Assembly (NCBI GenBank): GCA_024654445.1
Contig: JANLHP010000022.1
Location: 15,332-79,331, forward strand
Length of the DNA stretch: 64,000 nucleotides
DNA from: Candidatus Curtissbacteria bacterium
GTDB taxonomy: Bacteria; Patescibacteriota; Microgenomatia; Curtissbacterales; GWA2-41-24
Reading direction: 5' to 3'
In this document: piece after piece, positions 1 through 10,192 of the stretch
How the letters are laid out: each line of letters begins with the position of its first letter
Numbering within the stretch: position 1 is the first letter of the stretch
The notes under the pieces: generated by a model
Database searches by the model: none
Told to the model about the DNA's origin: nothing
What the model saw: the letters and a program-made list of their open reading frames with translations, nothing else
Position numbers and translations under genes: made by a program

Positions 1-1039
1 AATCTCTACAAAATCCAAATTTAAATCAGGTATTTCTATTAGGATAGAAGGCGTTTCATCTTATCTCAAGTCTCAAGGAATACAAACTGTAATTGTCGAC
101 AAAATAAGGACGCCTAGAAAAGCAGATTATACGTACTTGTTGGTAAGTACCAAAAAAGACTCTATTAGCTACTCCGCGGCTCGTAACATTGAAGACAAAA
201 GTAAGGTGATCGTCGATCTTTACACTCCGCTAATCTTAGAAAAAGAGTTAACCTTTTCAAAATACAAACCTTTTGATTGGGTTAAAAAAAATAGCCAAAA
301 AGACAATATTAAACTAATACTTTCAAAAGGGTCTCATTTTTTCGTTGCAAACAAACGACAAAAGGAATATTGGTTAACTTTTTCCGAACAAGAAAGTTTG
401 AACTTAACCAACAGACAGATCTCAGTTATCCCTACGGGTTATTCACAAAAAAGTATTAAACCCTCACCCCAAAAGAAAATTCTCTGGTTCGGAGGAATTT
501 ACCCTTGGATGAATCCTTATCCTTTAATTGAAGCATTCAAAAAAATAACGGACAGCGATCAAGAGTGGAAGTTAAAAATTCTAGGAGGCTTTCATCCAGA
601 AACTGGTTATCAAAAGATATACAAAGACGTAACTTCAAAATTAAAAACAATCCCTAAAAACCGTCTAGAAATTCTTCCTTGGCTTCCTGCAAAAGACCTT
701 AACAAGAATCTCGCAGATGTTTCTTTCTGTGTTAACCTAGTAAAGGAGTCGAAAGAGGATTTCTACTCGCATCGCGTCAGGCTCCTTACAGTTCTTAACG
801 CTGGAATACCAATATTGACGAATGGTAAAGATACGATAAGTGACCTTGCTGTTGAAAAACTAGCAGGGGAGAAAGTGCATGCTAGAGTCAATGAACTCTA
901 CGAAAAAATGAGTAGTCTAATCAACAATAAGAGACTGGTCAAAAAAATGCGAGACAATGCCCTGAAAGTCCAAAATGATTTTATTAAGGAAAATTTATCA
1001 GATAAAAATTTTAAATCATTTGTCAAAAAAAGTGCCTGA
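1..1039 (+). CDS. Glycosyltransferase, GT-B/GT4-like (5'-truncated by window edge)
   Basis: Frame is open from position 2. Contains ILWFGGIYPWMNP and RVRLLTVLNAGIPILT, typical of a GT4 C-terminal domain. Confidence 0.75.
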   Translation, partial: ISTKSKFKSGISIRIEGVSSYLKSQGIQTVIVDKIRTPRKADYTYLLVSTKKDSISYSAARNIEDKSKVIVDLYTPLILEKELTFSKYKPFDWVKKNSQKDNIKLILSKGSHFFVANKRQKEYWLTFSEQESLNLTNRQISVIPTGYSQKSIKPSPQKKILWFGGIYPWMNPYPLIEAFKKITDSDQEWKLKILGGFHPETGYQKIYKDVTSKLKTIPKNRLEILPWLPAKDLNKNLADVSFCVNLVKESKEDFYSHRVRLLTVLNAGIPILTNGKDTISDLAVEKLAGEKVHARVNELYEKMSSLINNKRLVKKMRDNALKVQNDFIKENLSDKNFKSFVKKSA

Positions 1040-2621
1040 GGTTTCTAAAGAAAACCTTATTATCTTAACATTCGGGCTTCTAATTGGCTTCGTAGTCTCG
1101 CTCCCCCACATTTTAGGCAGTATTGATAATAAAGGAGCTTATCAGCCCTTTTCCGTCAATTCTGCGGTTTCCTACTCCAAAGAGGAAGCCTATACTTATG
1201 CTGCCCAAGTACAGCACCTTGTCAAAGGTTATTTGATTGGAGACCCATATATATGGGAATACAGAAACGGGCTCTCTCCCTATCTTGGAGAACTAGGTAG
1301 TATTGTTCCTGTATCCATCCTCTCAATACTTTTATCTAGCGTCCCCAAGGGATTTATGGCATCAGACTTTGTCTTTCCGTTTACTCTTTTCTTATTAATC
1401 TCGAAAAATTTAAAAAATTTAGGATTTAATTTAAGTTTCACCCTTTTTGCCGCAAGCGCAGTTCTAGTAATCCCCTTTTTGTCTGTGCTGATACCGAAAA
1501 TCACAAGTTATGGAACTGTTTTAACCGGGATAGAAAATGGGCCGTTGCTCTTTACGAGAACACCTCACCCACAAATATCTGATGTTTACCTTTTTTGCGC
1601 CATCTTCACGTCAATTTGGTTTTTGAAGTCAAAAAATCCCAAAAGAGTAATAATTCTACCAATAATCCTTGGGCTCTCGCTTTACTCTTCTGTCTATGTC
1701 GCATCAACAATTATCTTAGCATCGCTGATCATCGCACCTTTTGCCGCAAAAAACTTGGACAAAAAGCAAATAACAAAAATCTTAATTATTGGGGCGATAG
1801 TTTCGCTGCCTCTGCTTTTAAATTTTTACCTGACACGGGAAATTCTCTCGAAGGAGTTCATTCTACGGTTTTCTCAAGAAAAAAATTTTCTCTTCCCAAT
1901 CCAAATTAGGTACCTTTTAATTGCATTCCTTCTGTATAAATTTAGGCCTCGCGACCCCATCTACAAAGTTTTATTTATATATGTAGTTTGCGCTGCAGTT
2001 CTTATTGATTTTCACCAAATTATTCTCGGAAGAGATTTACAAGGAGACCACTGGATAACAAGAGTTATAGCTCCTTTGGCTACGCTCTCTCTTTTATTAA
2101 TCACCTATACTTTTTTCAAAAAGGCAAATTACCGACTTTGGACTTTGGCTACGCTCTCGATTTTAATTTTTGGCTTTTACGTCCAGAATAACTGGTATCA
2201 GAACAACAAAAGTTATTTAACGCAAGACACCAGAACTGCGTCATTGATAATGCAAATAAACACAATGGGCAACAATTACGTAGTGGGCACTTTGAACACC
2301 AGCCTAGGAGACGAAATTAGAGCAACTACGGGAATCTGGACTTATCTTTCACCCGGGGATAGGTCTTATATAAGTACCGCAGAACAAATCCAGAGAGCTT
2401 GCGACCTTTTAGTTTTACAAAAGGGTACATCAACTCTAGAAGAAGCAAACGAAGCGCTACTATATGAGTTAGGTCTCGAGGCTAAGAATAAAAAAACTGT
2501 GGAAAAAGTGCAAAGAGAATTATCGCAGTGTGCACAAAAAAACAATACAACGCCCTCCTTTAAACTAGACTACTTAATAGTCGAAAGCGAAAATGGAGAG
2601 TACTCCTTAAAAAAGATCTAG
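1032..2621 (+). CDS. Polytopic membrane protein, probable GT-C glycosyltransferase
   Basis: Many hydrophobic helices, with acidic motif EEAYTYAAQV after TM1 and GDPYIWE. Start moved to GTG 1032, which overlaps the upstream stop. Confidence 0.55.
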   Translation: MPEVSKENLIILTFGLLIGFVVSLPHILGSIDNKGAYQPFSVNSAVSYSKEEAYTYAAQVQHLVKGYLIGDPYIWEYRNGLSPYLGELGSIVPVSILSILLSSVPKGFMASDFVFPFTLFLLISKNLKNLGFNLSFTLFAASAVLVIPFLSVLIPKITSYGTVLTGIENGPLLFTRTPHPQISDVYLFCAIFTSIWFLKSKNPKRVIILPIILGLSLYSSVYVASTIILASLIIAPFAAKNLDKKQITKILIIGAIVSLPLLLNFYLTREILSKEFILRFSQEKNFLFPIQIRYLLIAFLLYKFRPRDPIYKVLFIYVVCAAVLIDFHQIILGRDLQGDHWITRVIAPLATLSLLLITYTFFKKANYRLWTLATLSILIFGFYVQNNWYQNNKSYLTQDTRTASLIMQINTMGNNYVVGTLNTSLGDEIRATTGIWTYLSPGDRSYISTAEQIQRACDLLVLQKGTSTLEEANEALLYELGLEAKNKKTVEKVQRELSQCAQKNNTTPSFKLDYLIVESENGEYSLKKI

Positions 2622-2622
2622 A

Positions 2623-4119
2623 ATGACAAAGATCGTAAAGATTCAACTCATTTTATTCTCAGCGTTATTGATATTATGGAATATTTTTACACCTATTCTA
2701 GAAGGCGCCGATGAATCCGGACATTTTTGTCACGCTGACTATATTGCGCATAAAGGGAAAATTCCTAACATTAAAATCCAAGACGGTTGCTATCTTTGGC
2801 ACCCACCATTCTATTATTCAATGTTGGCACCAATCATAAAAGTGTTTGGCTTGCCAGAGTATCCCCAAAGCCAATTAGAGATGAATCCCAACTTCAACTT
2901 ACTTAGAAAAGGAGAGTATTCTCAGTTTGTACACACTAAGGAAGAATTGATGCTTGGCTGGGGACGCCTCGAATTCTTAGTCCATACTTTAAGATTATTT
3001 TCTGTACTTTGCGCCATTGGCATCTTTTTGATTGCAGTTCAATTATTAAAATTCACCTTGAAAAACGAAAGCCAAAGAACCCTAAGCCTACTCTTTCTTT
3101 TCAACCCCATGTTTATTCATATTTTTACCACGCTTACAAACGTAACCCTATTAAGTTTTATTTCCGCACTTTTTCTTTTTATTGAATTAAAATACTTCAA
3201 AAGCTTAAAACCTGCAAAAATTCACGTCCTTCAAGGCTTTTTACTGGGTATCGGATTTTTAACTAAAATAACCTTCGTTGCAGCCGGAGCGTTCTATTTA
3301 AGTGTTGCTTTGTTAAAATTAAGAAACAGACCTGAAAGCCTTAGAAGAAGTGCAATAGAAATATTAATCTTTATATCGACTTTCATGATCGTCACTGGAT
3401 GGTACTTGGCAAGAGCTCTCACTCTTTATGACACGCCTCTGGAAATTAACGCGCTCACTCAAGCGCAAGGAGGAGACCACCATTTAGATCTTCTAGAAAA
3501 TATTGGCCCTTTAAATTATTGGAATAGTTTTGCCTTAACACTGTTTAGAACTTTTTGGTCTGGGTATGGAGCGCTGACAGTACGCTTTCCTGAAATATTA
3601 AATTTAGTTTTACTTATCAGCGTTATGCTCGTAATAATAGCAGCAATTAAAAAATGGAAAAGAACAAATGCTTACTTCAAATTGTCAGCACTTTACTTAG
3701 CGGTAACTTTCATAACTCTAATCATCGGAAATTTCACACTATCTGCAATGCATGCAAAGGATCTATTCCCCGCGTACTTACCAATCTCTTTCTTATTCGC
3801 TTATGGGGCGAGCAATTTGACAAAAGTATTTAAAAAAAACGGAAAAATGATTTTTTTGGGAATTCCCGTAGCGATCTATTTTTTTGCACAAAACGAAGTT
3901 GTTGGAATTCTAAAATTACTGTTCTTCCAAGAATCTCAAGGGGCTTACTTAAAACCTCTAATTGTTAAGGTGACGACTGTTCTAGCTCTGTATGGTCTTA
4001 TTTATCAAGGGCTAAAAAAATTAAAGATAAATAACAGGTGGCATATCAAAATTACGTTTACTTTATTTGTCGCCAATATTGTAATTCTAGCAATTTCCAC
4101 CTACTTATTTTACAGCTGA
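2623..4119 (+). CDS. GT-C membrane glycosyltransferase (DUF2142/ArnT-like)
   Basis: ADESGH motif after TM1, HPPFYY, many TM helices, FWSGYG. Confidence 0.7.
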   Translation: MTKIVKIQLILFSALLILWNIFTPILEGADESGHFCHADYIAHKGKIPNIKIQDGCYLWHPPFYYSMLAPIIKVFGLPEYPQSQLEMNPNFNLLRKGEYSQFVHTKEELMLGWGRLEFLVHTLRLFSVLCAIGIFLIAVQLLKFTLKNESQRTLSLLFLFNPMFIHIFTTLTNVTLLSFISALFLFIELKYFKSLKPAKIHVLQGFLLGIGFLTKITFVAAGAFYLSVALLKLRNRPESLRRSAIEILIFISTFMIVTGWYLARALTLYDTPLEINALTQAQGGDHHLDLLENIGPLNYWNSFALTLFRTFWSGYGALTVRFPEILNLVLLISVMLVIIAAIKKWKRTNAYFKLSALYLAVTFITLIIGNFTLSAMHAKDLFPAYLPISFLFAYGASNLTKVFKKNGKMIFLGIPVAIYFFAQNEVVGILKLLFFQESQGAYLKPLIVKVTTVLALYGLIYQGLKKLKINNRWHIKITFTLFVANIVILAISTYLFYS

Positions 4120-5045
4120 GGTTTTTTAATAATGTATTCAAGTTTCATCGGAAGAATTCCGACTTCAGAAAACGCAGCGCGCAGCAGCTTCTTCGGTAAA
4201 GAAATTAAAACTAGCAGCAGTTGATTTTTAGACCTTTTTTGGTTCCAGTGCTTTTTAATTTGTCCTGACAAGTCACGGTTGGCCTCGACAGACGACCACT
4301 CAATTTCTAGCTTGTTTGCTCTGCACAACCTTTCAATTAGCCTGTTGTTTGTGTAATTAAGCGAGAAAACAAAGTCTTTTACTACGGAGTAGTCTCTTTC
4401 TCTTACCCAATTAACCTTTCTAATATTTAAAAACTTCAACGCAAAAAGTGCCCACAGCGAAAAAACCCTCTTTGGCATTAAAGGAAAGTATGGTAAATGA
4501 TAATGTTGTTCTACAGGGAAAAAATAATTAGGACAACTCAAATATATAAATCCGCCAGGTTTTAATATTCTCGCAAGTTCCTTCAGAGACTTCTCCGGAT
4601 CTTGAACATGCTCCAAGACCTGAGAAAAGACGCATAGATCAACGACCCCACTTTTTAGAGGTATCTTTTCAGCGGTGCCATCAATTACTTTTAACCGCCC
4701 CTTTTTCTTTCGAAGCTTATTGTAATAGTACTTAATAATTTTTCTATCTTTAGTGCTTGGCTCTATCGCAACGACCTCAAATCCAAGCGATACTAAATTC
4801 AAAGAAAATTGCCCATATCCGGCCCCAATGTCTGCAATCAATCCCGGAGTTTTGTTCGTATTAGATAATATGTGCCTAACAGTCCTTGCCGTCAGCTTAA
4901 AGGACTCCGCGAAAAACTTTTCCAAAGACTCGGTCGACCCATTCCAATATTTGTTATTTAATTCAACCCATAGCTTATCTTTGTCTTCGGCCTTCGAATA
5001 CATTAAGTCGACCGGAAGATTTTTGCGTCGAGTATCAGAAGTCAT
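4110..5045 (-). CDS. Class I SAM-dependent methyltransferase
   Basis: ADIGAGYG, SQVLEHVQDP, LKPGG motifs. Confidence 0.85.
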   Translation of the reverse strand: MTSDTRRKNLPVDLMYSKAEDKDKLWVELNNKYWNGSTESLEKFFAESFKLTARTVRHILSNTNKTPGLIADIGAGYGQFSLNLVSLGFEVVAIEPSTKDRKIIKYYYNKLRKKKGRLKVIDGTAEKIPLKSGVVDLCVFSQVLEHVQDPEKSLKELARILKPGGFIYLSCPNYFFPVEQHYHLPYFPLMPKRVFSLWALFALKFLNIRKVNWVRERDYSVVKDFVFSLNYTNNRLIERLCRANKLEIEWSSVEANRDLSGQIKKHWNQKRSKNQLLLVLISLPKKLLRAAFSEVGILPMKLEYIIKKPQL

Positions 5046-5055
5046 ATTTACTTAA

Positions 5056-5207
5056 ATAAATTATTCATGGACTAAAGCCCATGATTAGGCCCGGAATCAC
5101 ATTTAGTTACATAAATATGACGAGGACCGCATGGCACTGTAGGTTTTGACATTCGCTTAAAGAATCACTCTCAGCCTCAACTTGAAAGCTGGGGCTTCTC
5201 GCTCACA
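5056..5207 (-). mobile_element. Non-autonomous palindromic element copy A (IS200/IS605-like MITE/PATE)
   Basis: Aligns end-to-end by eye with 17462-17598 and 35618-35760. Minus strand reads TTAT|TGTGAGCGAGAA-hairpin ... core ... hairpin CATGG-N8-CCATG ... TTAT. Confidence 0.7.
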
Positions 5208-6709
5208 ATAACCTTGTTTATAAATTTGTCGATCTCCATAAAAGATTTGATGCCAAAAGCAGAAACATAATGATTCGAAAATTTATTTTGATAAAATCTC
5301 TGCCTTTTTAGTTTATTTTTGTCGTATAAAATCTTTTTAATGCCAACATCAATATCTTCAAGCTGATCAAATTTTATGTTTATCGAGCTCTTACTTTTAA
5401 CAAAAGGATCCCCGAATTTTCCAGACAGAAATGAATTATCGAAGTAGAGTGTTGGCTTATTTTTCAAAATTGCAATCAGACCCGCAGTTGTCGCGCCTGT
5501 TATTACAACGTCACTCTTATTAATAACATTTTCTACCTTACTTGAATTATCCACCTTTACATTTGCGGGAAGTTCCAGATCGTCAAGGTCGTCCCTTAAA
5601 GAATAAGAAGGGTGGTTTCTCAGAATAATTCTAAATCCCGAATCTAATTTTGAAAGCCCTTTAACTAGCTTTTCAATCGATTGTTTATTCGAGTACCTTA
5701 AAAAAAGAGACAAAGTTCCAAAAATAGGTGCCCATAAAACTAAAACGTTTATGATCTTTTTTTCTTTCAAGTTAACATGATTAATGTGTTTCGGCCTTTT
5801 ATAATACGGACAGCCGGCTATATATGCATTTTTAGGGTGGATCATTTTCGCCAGTCTGCCCCATACCAAATAATAATCAGAAAAGTAAAAATCAGATTCA
5901 ATTATTTCCCAGGTCGCTATTCCATGTTGAATTTCAGCAACCTTTATTCCAAATGACTTCGCCATTAAAGCAAAAGCTGAGCCAAATGTATCATTGCTCG
6001 TTGAAGTTAAAATAACTTGAGGTTTCGCTCGTAAATAAAGATAAAAGGCAAAATTTAAAAAAGAAACAATTTCAGGAAACAAAAAAAGCCTTAAATACCA
6101 TAATCTGAGCGTCCAGGGTCGACCGGCAAGAAGTGCATTCTCATTTTCTACCCGCCATCTTCTAAAGACAAAAAAAGATAAGGCTTTCAACCGCTCGCGT
6201 CGTGATTGGTACCTTTGAGTGTTGGTGAGATTTAAAAATGAAATATTGATACTTTTCAGATATTTTTGATCAACCTCTGTTATTTTCCCGACGACTAAAA
6301 CCTTCCTCCTCTTTGAGAGGTACTTAATGAGTGGCAAAAGACCACTTAGGTGCCTGCCGCTAGCCACTATTAAAACCTCAGATGCCACATGTGGCCATTT
6401 AATTTTTGCCCTTGGCGCCACAATCAATTTAAGAAGGTGAGTAAGCTTTGATGCATATTTAAGTGCCTTTCGGCCGGGACTTAAGGAGTAAGCAAACGTT
6501 TGTGGGTATTGTCCCCAAACGTCATCTATAGGCTGCTTTTGTAAAAGCGACGAAAAAAAATGATGCTGAGAGAAAGCCTGAATTTTTTCCAGTGATATGC
6601 CATAAAACTTATAATTATTATTCGGATAATACTTGGAGATCCAGTTTTTCGACAAATCAACTGAATAGTCGTACAAGTTTTTTGACTTATTAAATGAGGA
6701 AGCAATCAC
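5177..6709 (-). CDS. GT-B-fold protein, candidate nonulosonate (sialyl-like) transferase
   Basis: EIQHG, YLVWG, RNHPS and SDVVIT..TTAGLIAIL..KP motifs; last gene of the pse module. Confidence 0.5.
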   Translation of the reverse strand: MIASSFNKSKNLYDYSVDLSKNWISKYYPNNNYKFYGISLEKIQAFSQHHFFSSLLQKQPIDDVWGQYPQTFAYSLSPGRKALKYASKLTHLLKLIVAPRAKIKWPHVASEVLIVASGRHLSGLLPLIKYLSKRRKVLVVGKITEVDQKYLKSINISFLNLTNTQRYQSRRERLKALSFFVFRRWRVENENALLAGRPWTLRLWYLRLFLFPEIVSFLNFAFYLYLRAKPQVILTSTSNDTFGSAFALMAKSFGIKVAEIQHGIATWEIIESDFYFSDYYLVWGRLAKMIHPKNAYIAGCPYYKRPKHINHVNLKEKKIINVLVLWAPIFGTLSLFLRYSNKQSIEKLVKGLSKLDSGFRIILRNHPSYSLRDDLDDLELPANVKVDNSSKVENVINKSDVVITGATTAGLIAILKNKPTLYFDNSFLSGKFGDPFVKSKSSINIKFDQLEDIDVGIKKILYDKNKLKRQRFYQNKFSNHYVSAFGIKSFMEIDKFINKVIVSEKPQLSS

Positions 6710-8277
6710 TTTTCTATTAGGTCCCAGGAAAGGGGGGTGCCGAGCTCTATATCGTAGAGTGCCCGACTGCCTATAATATCATCCCACTCTCGAGGAGGCA
6801 ATCCATTACTAGGTCTTACCGTTTTAATATTTCTTGAAGAGAATTTCTCACCCTTCTTAATATCCTTAGAGACAAAAATAGAAGGCCTAAACCGCATGTT
6901 ATATTCCTCGGCACTATTTAACGGGCCATATTTAACCTCGCCCTTCGCCCCTTCATTTCTTCTTATCTTTTTCACCATTTGCCCAAATTCTTCTGGCTCT
7001 AATGAAAATCTGGAGTCCGGCCCTCCGCGAGAGCGTTTTGTAATTAAATGCTTTTCAATGATTGAAGCACCCATAGTTGCCGCAATCGTTGGGGCTATGA
7101 TTCCCGCGTTGTTGTCGGAGAAACCGCTAACCACCCCAAACTTCTCCTGAAGGTCACCTATTGTCCTAAGATTCATGCTGGAAAGTAGGGGACTGGCAGA
7201 ATACTGAGTTACGCAATGCAAAAGAGCAATTTCACCAGAACCATATTTTTTTAACGTATCAACTGCAAGCTCAATTTCCCAAAGGGCCGCAAAACCAACA
7301 GACATAATGACGGGTTTTTTAGTTTGAGCAACCTTTCTTATTAAAGGAATGTCTACAACTTCATAAGAGGCGATCTTATAACAGGGAACCTTCAACTTTT
7401 CCAAAAAATCCACAGCGGTCTCGTCAAAGGGAGTTGAAAAAAAAATTAGGCCTAACTCTTCCGCAACTTTTTTGAGCTTAGTGTGCCACTCCCAGGGAGT
7501 ATAGGCAGTCTTATAAAGGTCGTAAAGCGTTTCATTCTTCCAAGCCTCAGGAGTCTTTTTGCCTCTGACAATAAACCATTCCTTATTCGACTTAAGTGTT
7601 ATTGTGTCAGGCGTGTACGTCTGAATCTTCACCGCGTCCGCTCCCGCTTCTGCGGCTGCTTTAATTAACCTTACAGCCTCCTCAAATTTTTGGTTATGAT
7701 TACCCGAAATTTCGGCAACGACAAAACAAGGGAATTGAGAACCAATACTCCTAGTTCCAAGTTTTATAAACGGTTTTTTAATATTTCCATATTTCTTTTT
7801 AAATAAAACCATTTCAATCGCCTTTTCTTTTTCCCTAGACTTCAGGCCCGTGCTCACAAAACCGGCGTCTAAAAAACTCTTTTTCGAGCTAATATTTATG
7901 GGCTTTATATATGCTCTGATTTCACGAAGAGCTGCGGAATTTTCAAAAGCATAATCACATGCTTTCTGAATTAAAACAGGACCGTATCCACGGCCGCGGT
8001 ACTTATTAACCAGAGAGATACTAATTTCGCCAACGTCTCTATTTAAATCAACTCTGACCTGACCGGCAGGAAGGCCGTCAACCTCCGCGACAAATAAGTA
8101 AGTATTTTTATCACCTAACTTACCCATAAACCACTTAGTGTGATCATCAAGCTTAACTGGGCTACTATTAAAGCTGTTTTCCTTGACAGTTGGATCATTC
8201 CTTAAGCTGTAAAAAAAGGCAAGATCAAATTTATTCGCTTTTCGCAGCATTAGCTTGCTGTCAATTTTTTTCTTCAT
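6706..8277 (-). CDS. pseI: GNAT N-acetyltransferase (PseH-like) fused to pseudaminic acid synthase
   Basis: N-terminal GNAT (RNDPTV..NS, RGRGYG, N..S...F..AGF). C-terminal NeuB/PseI (AEISGNHNQ, AVKIQTYTPDT, YKIAS, IIEKH) plus SAF domain. Start set at ATG 8277. Confidence 0.85.
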   Translation of the reverse strand: MKKKIDSKLMLRKANKFDLAFFYSLRNDPTVKENSFNSSPVKLDDHTKWFMGKLGDKNTYLFVAEVDGLPAGQVRVDLNRDVGEISISLVNKYRGRGYGPVLIQKACDYAFENSAALREIRAYIKPINISSKKSFLDAGFVSTGLKSREKEKAIEMVLFKKKYGNIKKPFIKLGTRSIGSQFPCFVVAEISGNHNQKFEEAVRLIKAAAEAGADAVKIQTYTPDTITLKSNKEWFIVRGKKTPEAWKNETLYDLYKTAYTPWEWHTKLKKVAEELGLIFFSTPFDETAVDFLEKLKVPCYKIASYEVVDIPLIRKVAQTKKPVIMSVGFAALWEIELAVDTLKKYGSGEIALLHCVTQYSASPLLSSMNLRTIGDLQEKFGVVSGFSDNNAGIIAPTIAATMGASIIEKHLITKRSRGGPDSRFSLEPEEFGQMVKKIRRNEGAKGEVKYGPLNSAEEYNMRFRPSIFVSKDIKKGEKFSSRNIKTVRPSNGLPPREWDDIIGSRALYDIELGTPLSWDLIEK

Positions 8278-9388
8278 CCCAAATATTATCTTTTTCCCAC
8301 TTCCCTTTGTTTTTTCTCCATACTCTCGCATCTCGAAATTGGTCAGCAGTTTTATCAAACTCTTTTTCCTTCATTCCGACATATTGCAACCATCGTTTGA
8401 GATCACGAGGTTTGACATGATCATATTTTCTTACCAAATCTATGGCTTTTTTTCTTGTAATATAACCGCTCCTTATATCTTTACATGCATGATCAGTAGC
8501 TCTTCCATAACCAAATTTGACAAACTTTAAATAGTCATGCACACCATTTTCATGCATGTCGTCAAGATTGGAAAATCTACGGTAAGTTCTGTCAAATGGC
8601 TTCTTAGATTGTTGCCAATTGTATAATCTTTGCATCAATTTGTATTGCTTATTTGCGTCCCAGTCAACGTAATTTCCTAAATATATACCTCTAACTTCAG
8701 ATTCCTCGAGTTCTTCTTCGGTCGGATATTTGGCCCAAAGCAAGTCTTGCTCCTTCAAACCTTCTTCACCTACCATATCGTACCAATCAAAGCCCCTTAA
8801 GGCGTGTTCAAACCTATACTTCGCTGTCATCTCGGGAAATTCATCTGCTCTATACATTCCCCCCAGGTCGGTATATCCATGTTCTCCCCAGACGATTAAC
8901 TTAATTTTAAATTTAACCGCAATTTGCACCGGATATGTAAAGATGCCGCAATGAGCATGCCAGTTCATGTCGCCCATCTTCTTGAAACAAATACGGTTCA
9001 GTTTAACCAAAACGTCAACATTAGGTTTGAATATGATGTGATCCACGTTAAACACATGATGCATACGATTCAAGTTATATTCTCCCTCAGGAAGATAATT
9101 ATTTCCGTGGTAAGTGACAAGAAGCGGTTTTAATTTTAATACCTTTGTAACATAGTGAGTTTGAAAGTAACTATCTTTCCCTCCGGAAACGGGAATAATG
9201 CAATCATAATTTGAGCCGTTAGAAACACGAGAGTCTTCTGCTAAACTCTCAAGTAATTTAGCCCTTTTTCTCCAATTAATTTTTTTCCGTGCTTCTGAAA
9301 CTCGGCAACCAGAACAAACTCCGTCATTGTCGAAAGTTAATTTAACAGCAGAGGAAATTGGGTAAACACATTTAGTACAGTACTGCAT
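8261..9388 (-). CDS. N-acetyl sugar amidotransferase (PseA/WbpG/WbuX family)
   Basis: N-terminal CxxC..CxxC, PP-loop SGGKDS, KFGYGRA; adjacent to hisF2/hisH2. Confidence 0.85.
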   Translation of the reverse strand: MQYCTKCVYPISSAVKLTFDNDGVCSGCRVSEARKKINWRKRAKLLESLAEDSRVSNGSNYDCIIPVSGGKDSYFQTHYVTKVLKLKPLLVTYHGNNYLPEGEYNLNRMHHVFNVDHIIFKPNVDVLVKLNRICFKKMGDMNWHAHCGIFTYPVQIAVKFKIKLIVWGEHGYTDLGGMYRADEFPEMTAKYRFEHALRGFDWYDMVGEEGLKEQDLLWAKYPTEEELEESEVRGIYLGNYVDWDANKQYKLMQRLYNWQQSKKPFDRTYRRFSNLDDMHENGVHDYLKFVKFGYGRATDHACKDIRSGYITRKKAIDLVRKYDHVKPRDLKRWLQYVGMKEKEFDKTADQFRDARVWRKNKGKWEKDNIWDEEKN

Positions 9389-9397
9389 AACTTATGT

Positions 9398-10192
9398 CTA
9401 AAACCTAACGTCCAGCCCAGCATCTACCATGAATTTTTTAGCGTGCCTTGTCGATTGCTCTGTGAAGTGAAAAATATTAGCTGCAGACACAGCACTCGCA
9501 CCGCCAATTTTTATACCGTCTACTAGATTTTGCCAGTTTCCAACGCCCCCGCAAGCAATCACAGGAACGTTAACTTTATTCGTAATTTGTTTTAAAAGAG
9601 GTAGATCATAACCCTTTAGAGTCCCATCTCTATCGATAGAATTCAAGAATATCTCGCCAGCTCCTAGTCTTTCTGCCCTTATCGCCCAAGACTTTGGGTC
9701 CAGACCGGTTGCTTCTGTGCCGTGATTTATAAAAACCTCATATTTATCCTTGCCAATAGTCTTCGCGTCAATAGAAACTACAACCGCTTGACTGCCAAAT
9801 AGCCTAGCCGCTTCGGTAATTAAAGAAGGATTTCTAACAGCCATAGTGTTGATAATAATTTTATCAACACCACTTTTAAATAAAATATGCATATCGTCAA
9901 CAGACTTGATACCTCCGCCCGCCGCCAGGGGAACGAAACAGGTTTTCGCGCACTCTTTTATAATTTCTACAAAATCCTCAAGCATCTTAAAGTTATAGTC
10001 AGTCCTAATCAACTTTTGATATTCCTTTGTTTTACTGATGTCCAAAAAAATTATTTCATCGACGGACCAAGCATTGAAGTATTGAATCGCAACCTTTGGA
10101 TTGCCGACGATCTGGTATTCAGAAAACTTCAGGCTCTTAACAAGCTGCCCATTCTGGAGAAGTAAGCATGGAGCGAGTCTCTTTTTAAGCAT
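9398..10192 (-). CDS. hisF2: HisF-like cyclase-fold subunit (WbuZ/HisF2 type)
   Basis: GGGIKS, GAGEIFLNSIDRDGTLKGYD, PVIACGG. Confidence 0.85.
   Translation of the reverse strand: MLKKRLAPCLLLQNGQLVKSLKFSEYQIVGNPKVAIQYFNAWSVDEIIFLDISKTKEYQKLIRTDYNFKMLEDFVEIIKECAKTCFVPLAAGGGIKSVDDMHILFKSGVDKIIINTMAVRNPSLITEAARLFGSQAVVVSIDAKTIGKDKYEVFINHGTEATGLDPKSWAIRAERLGAGEIFLNSIDRDGTLKGYDLPLLKQITNKVNVPVIACGGVGNWQNLVDGIKIGGASAVSAANIFHFTEQSTRHAKKFMVDAGLDVRF

Noticed and set aside
2074-2158. 16-bp direct repeat CTTTGGCTACGCTCTC (LATLS twice)
   Set aside because: Only two copies, in-frame in adjacent TM helices; minor local duplication or chance.
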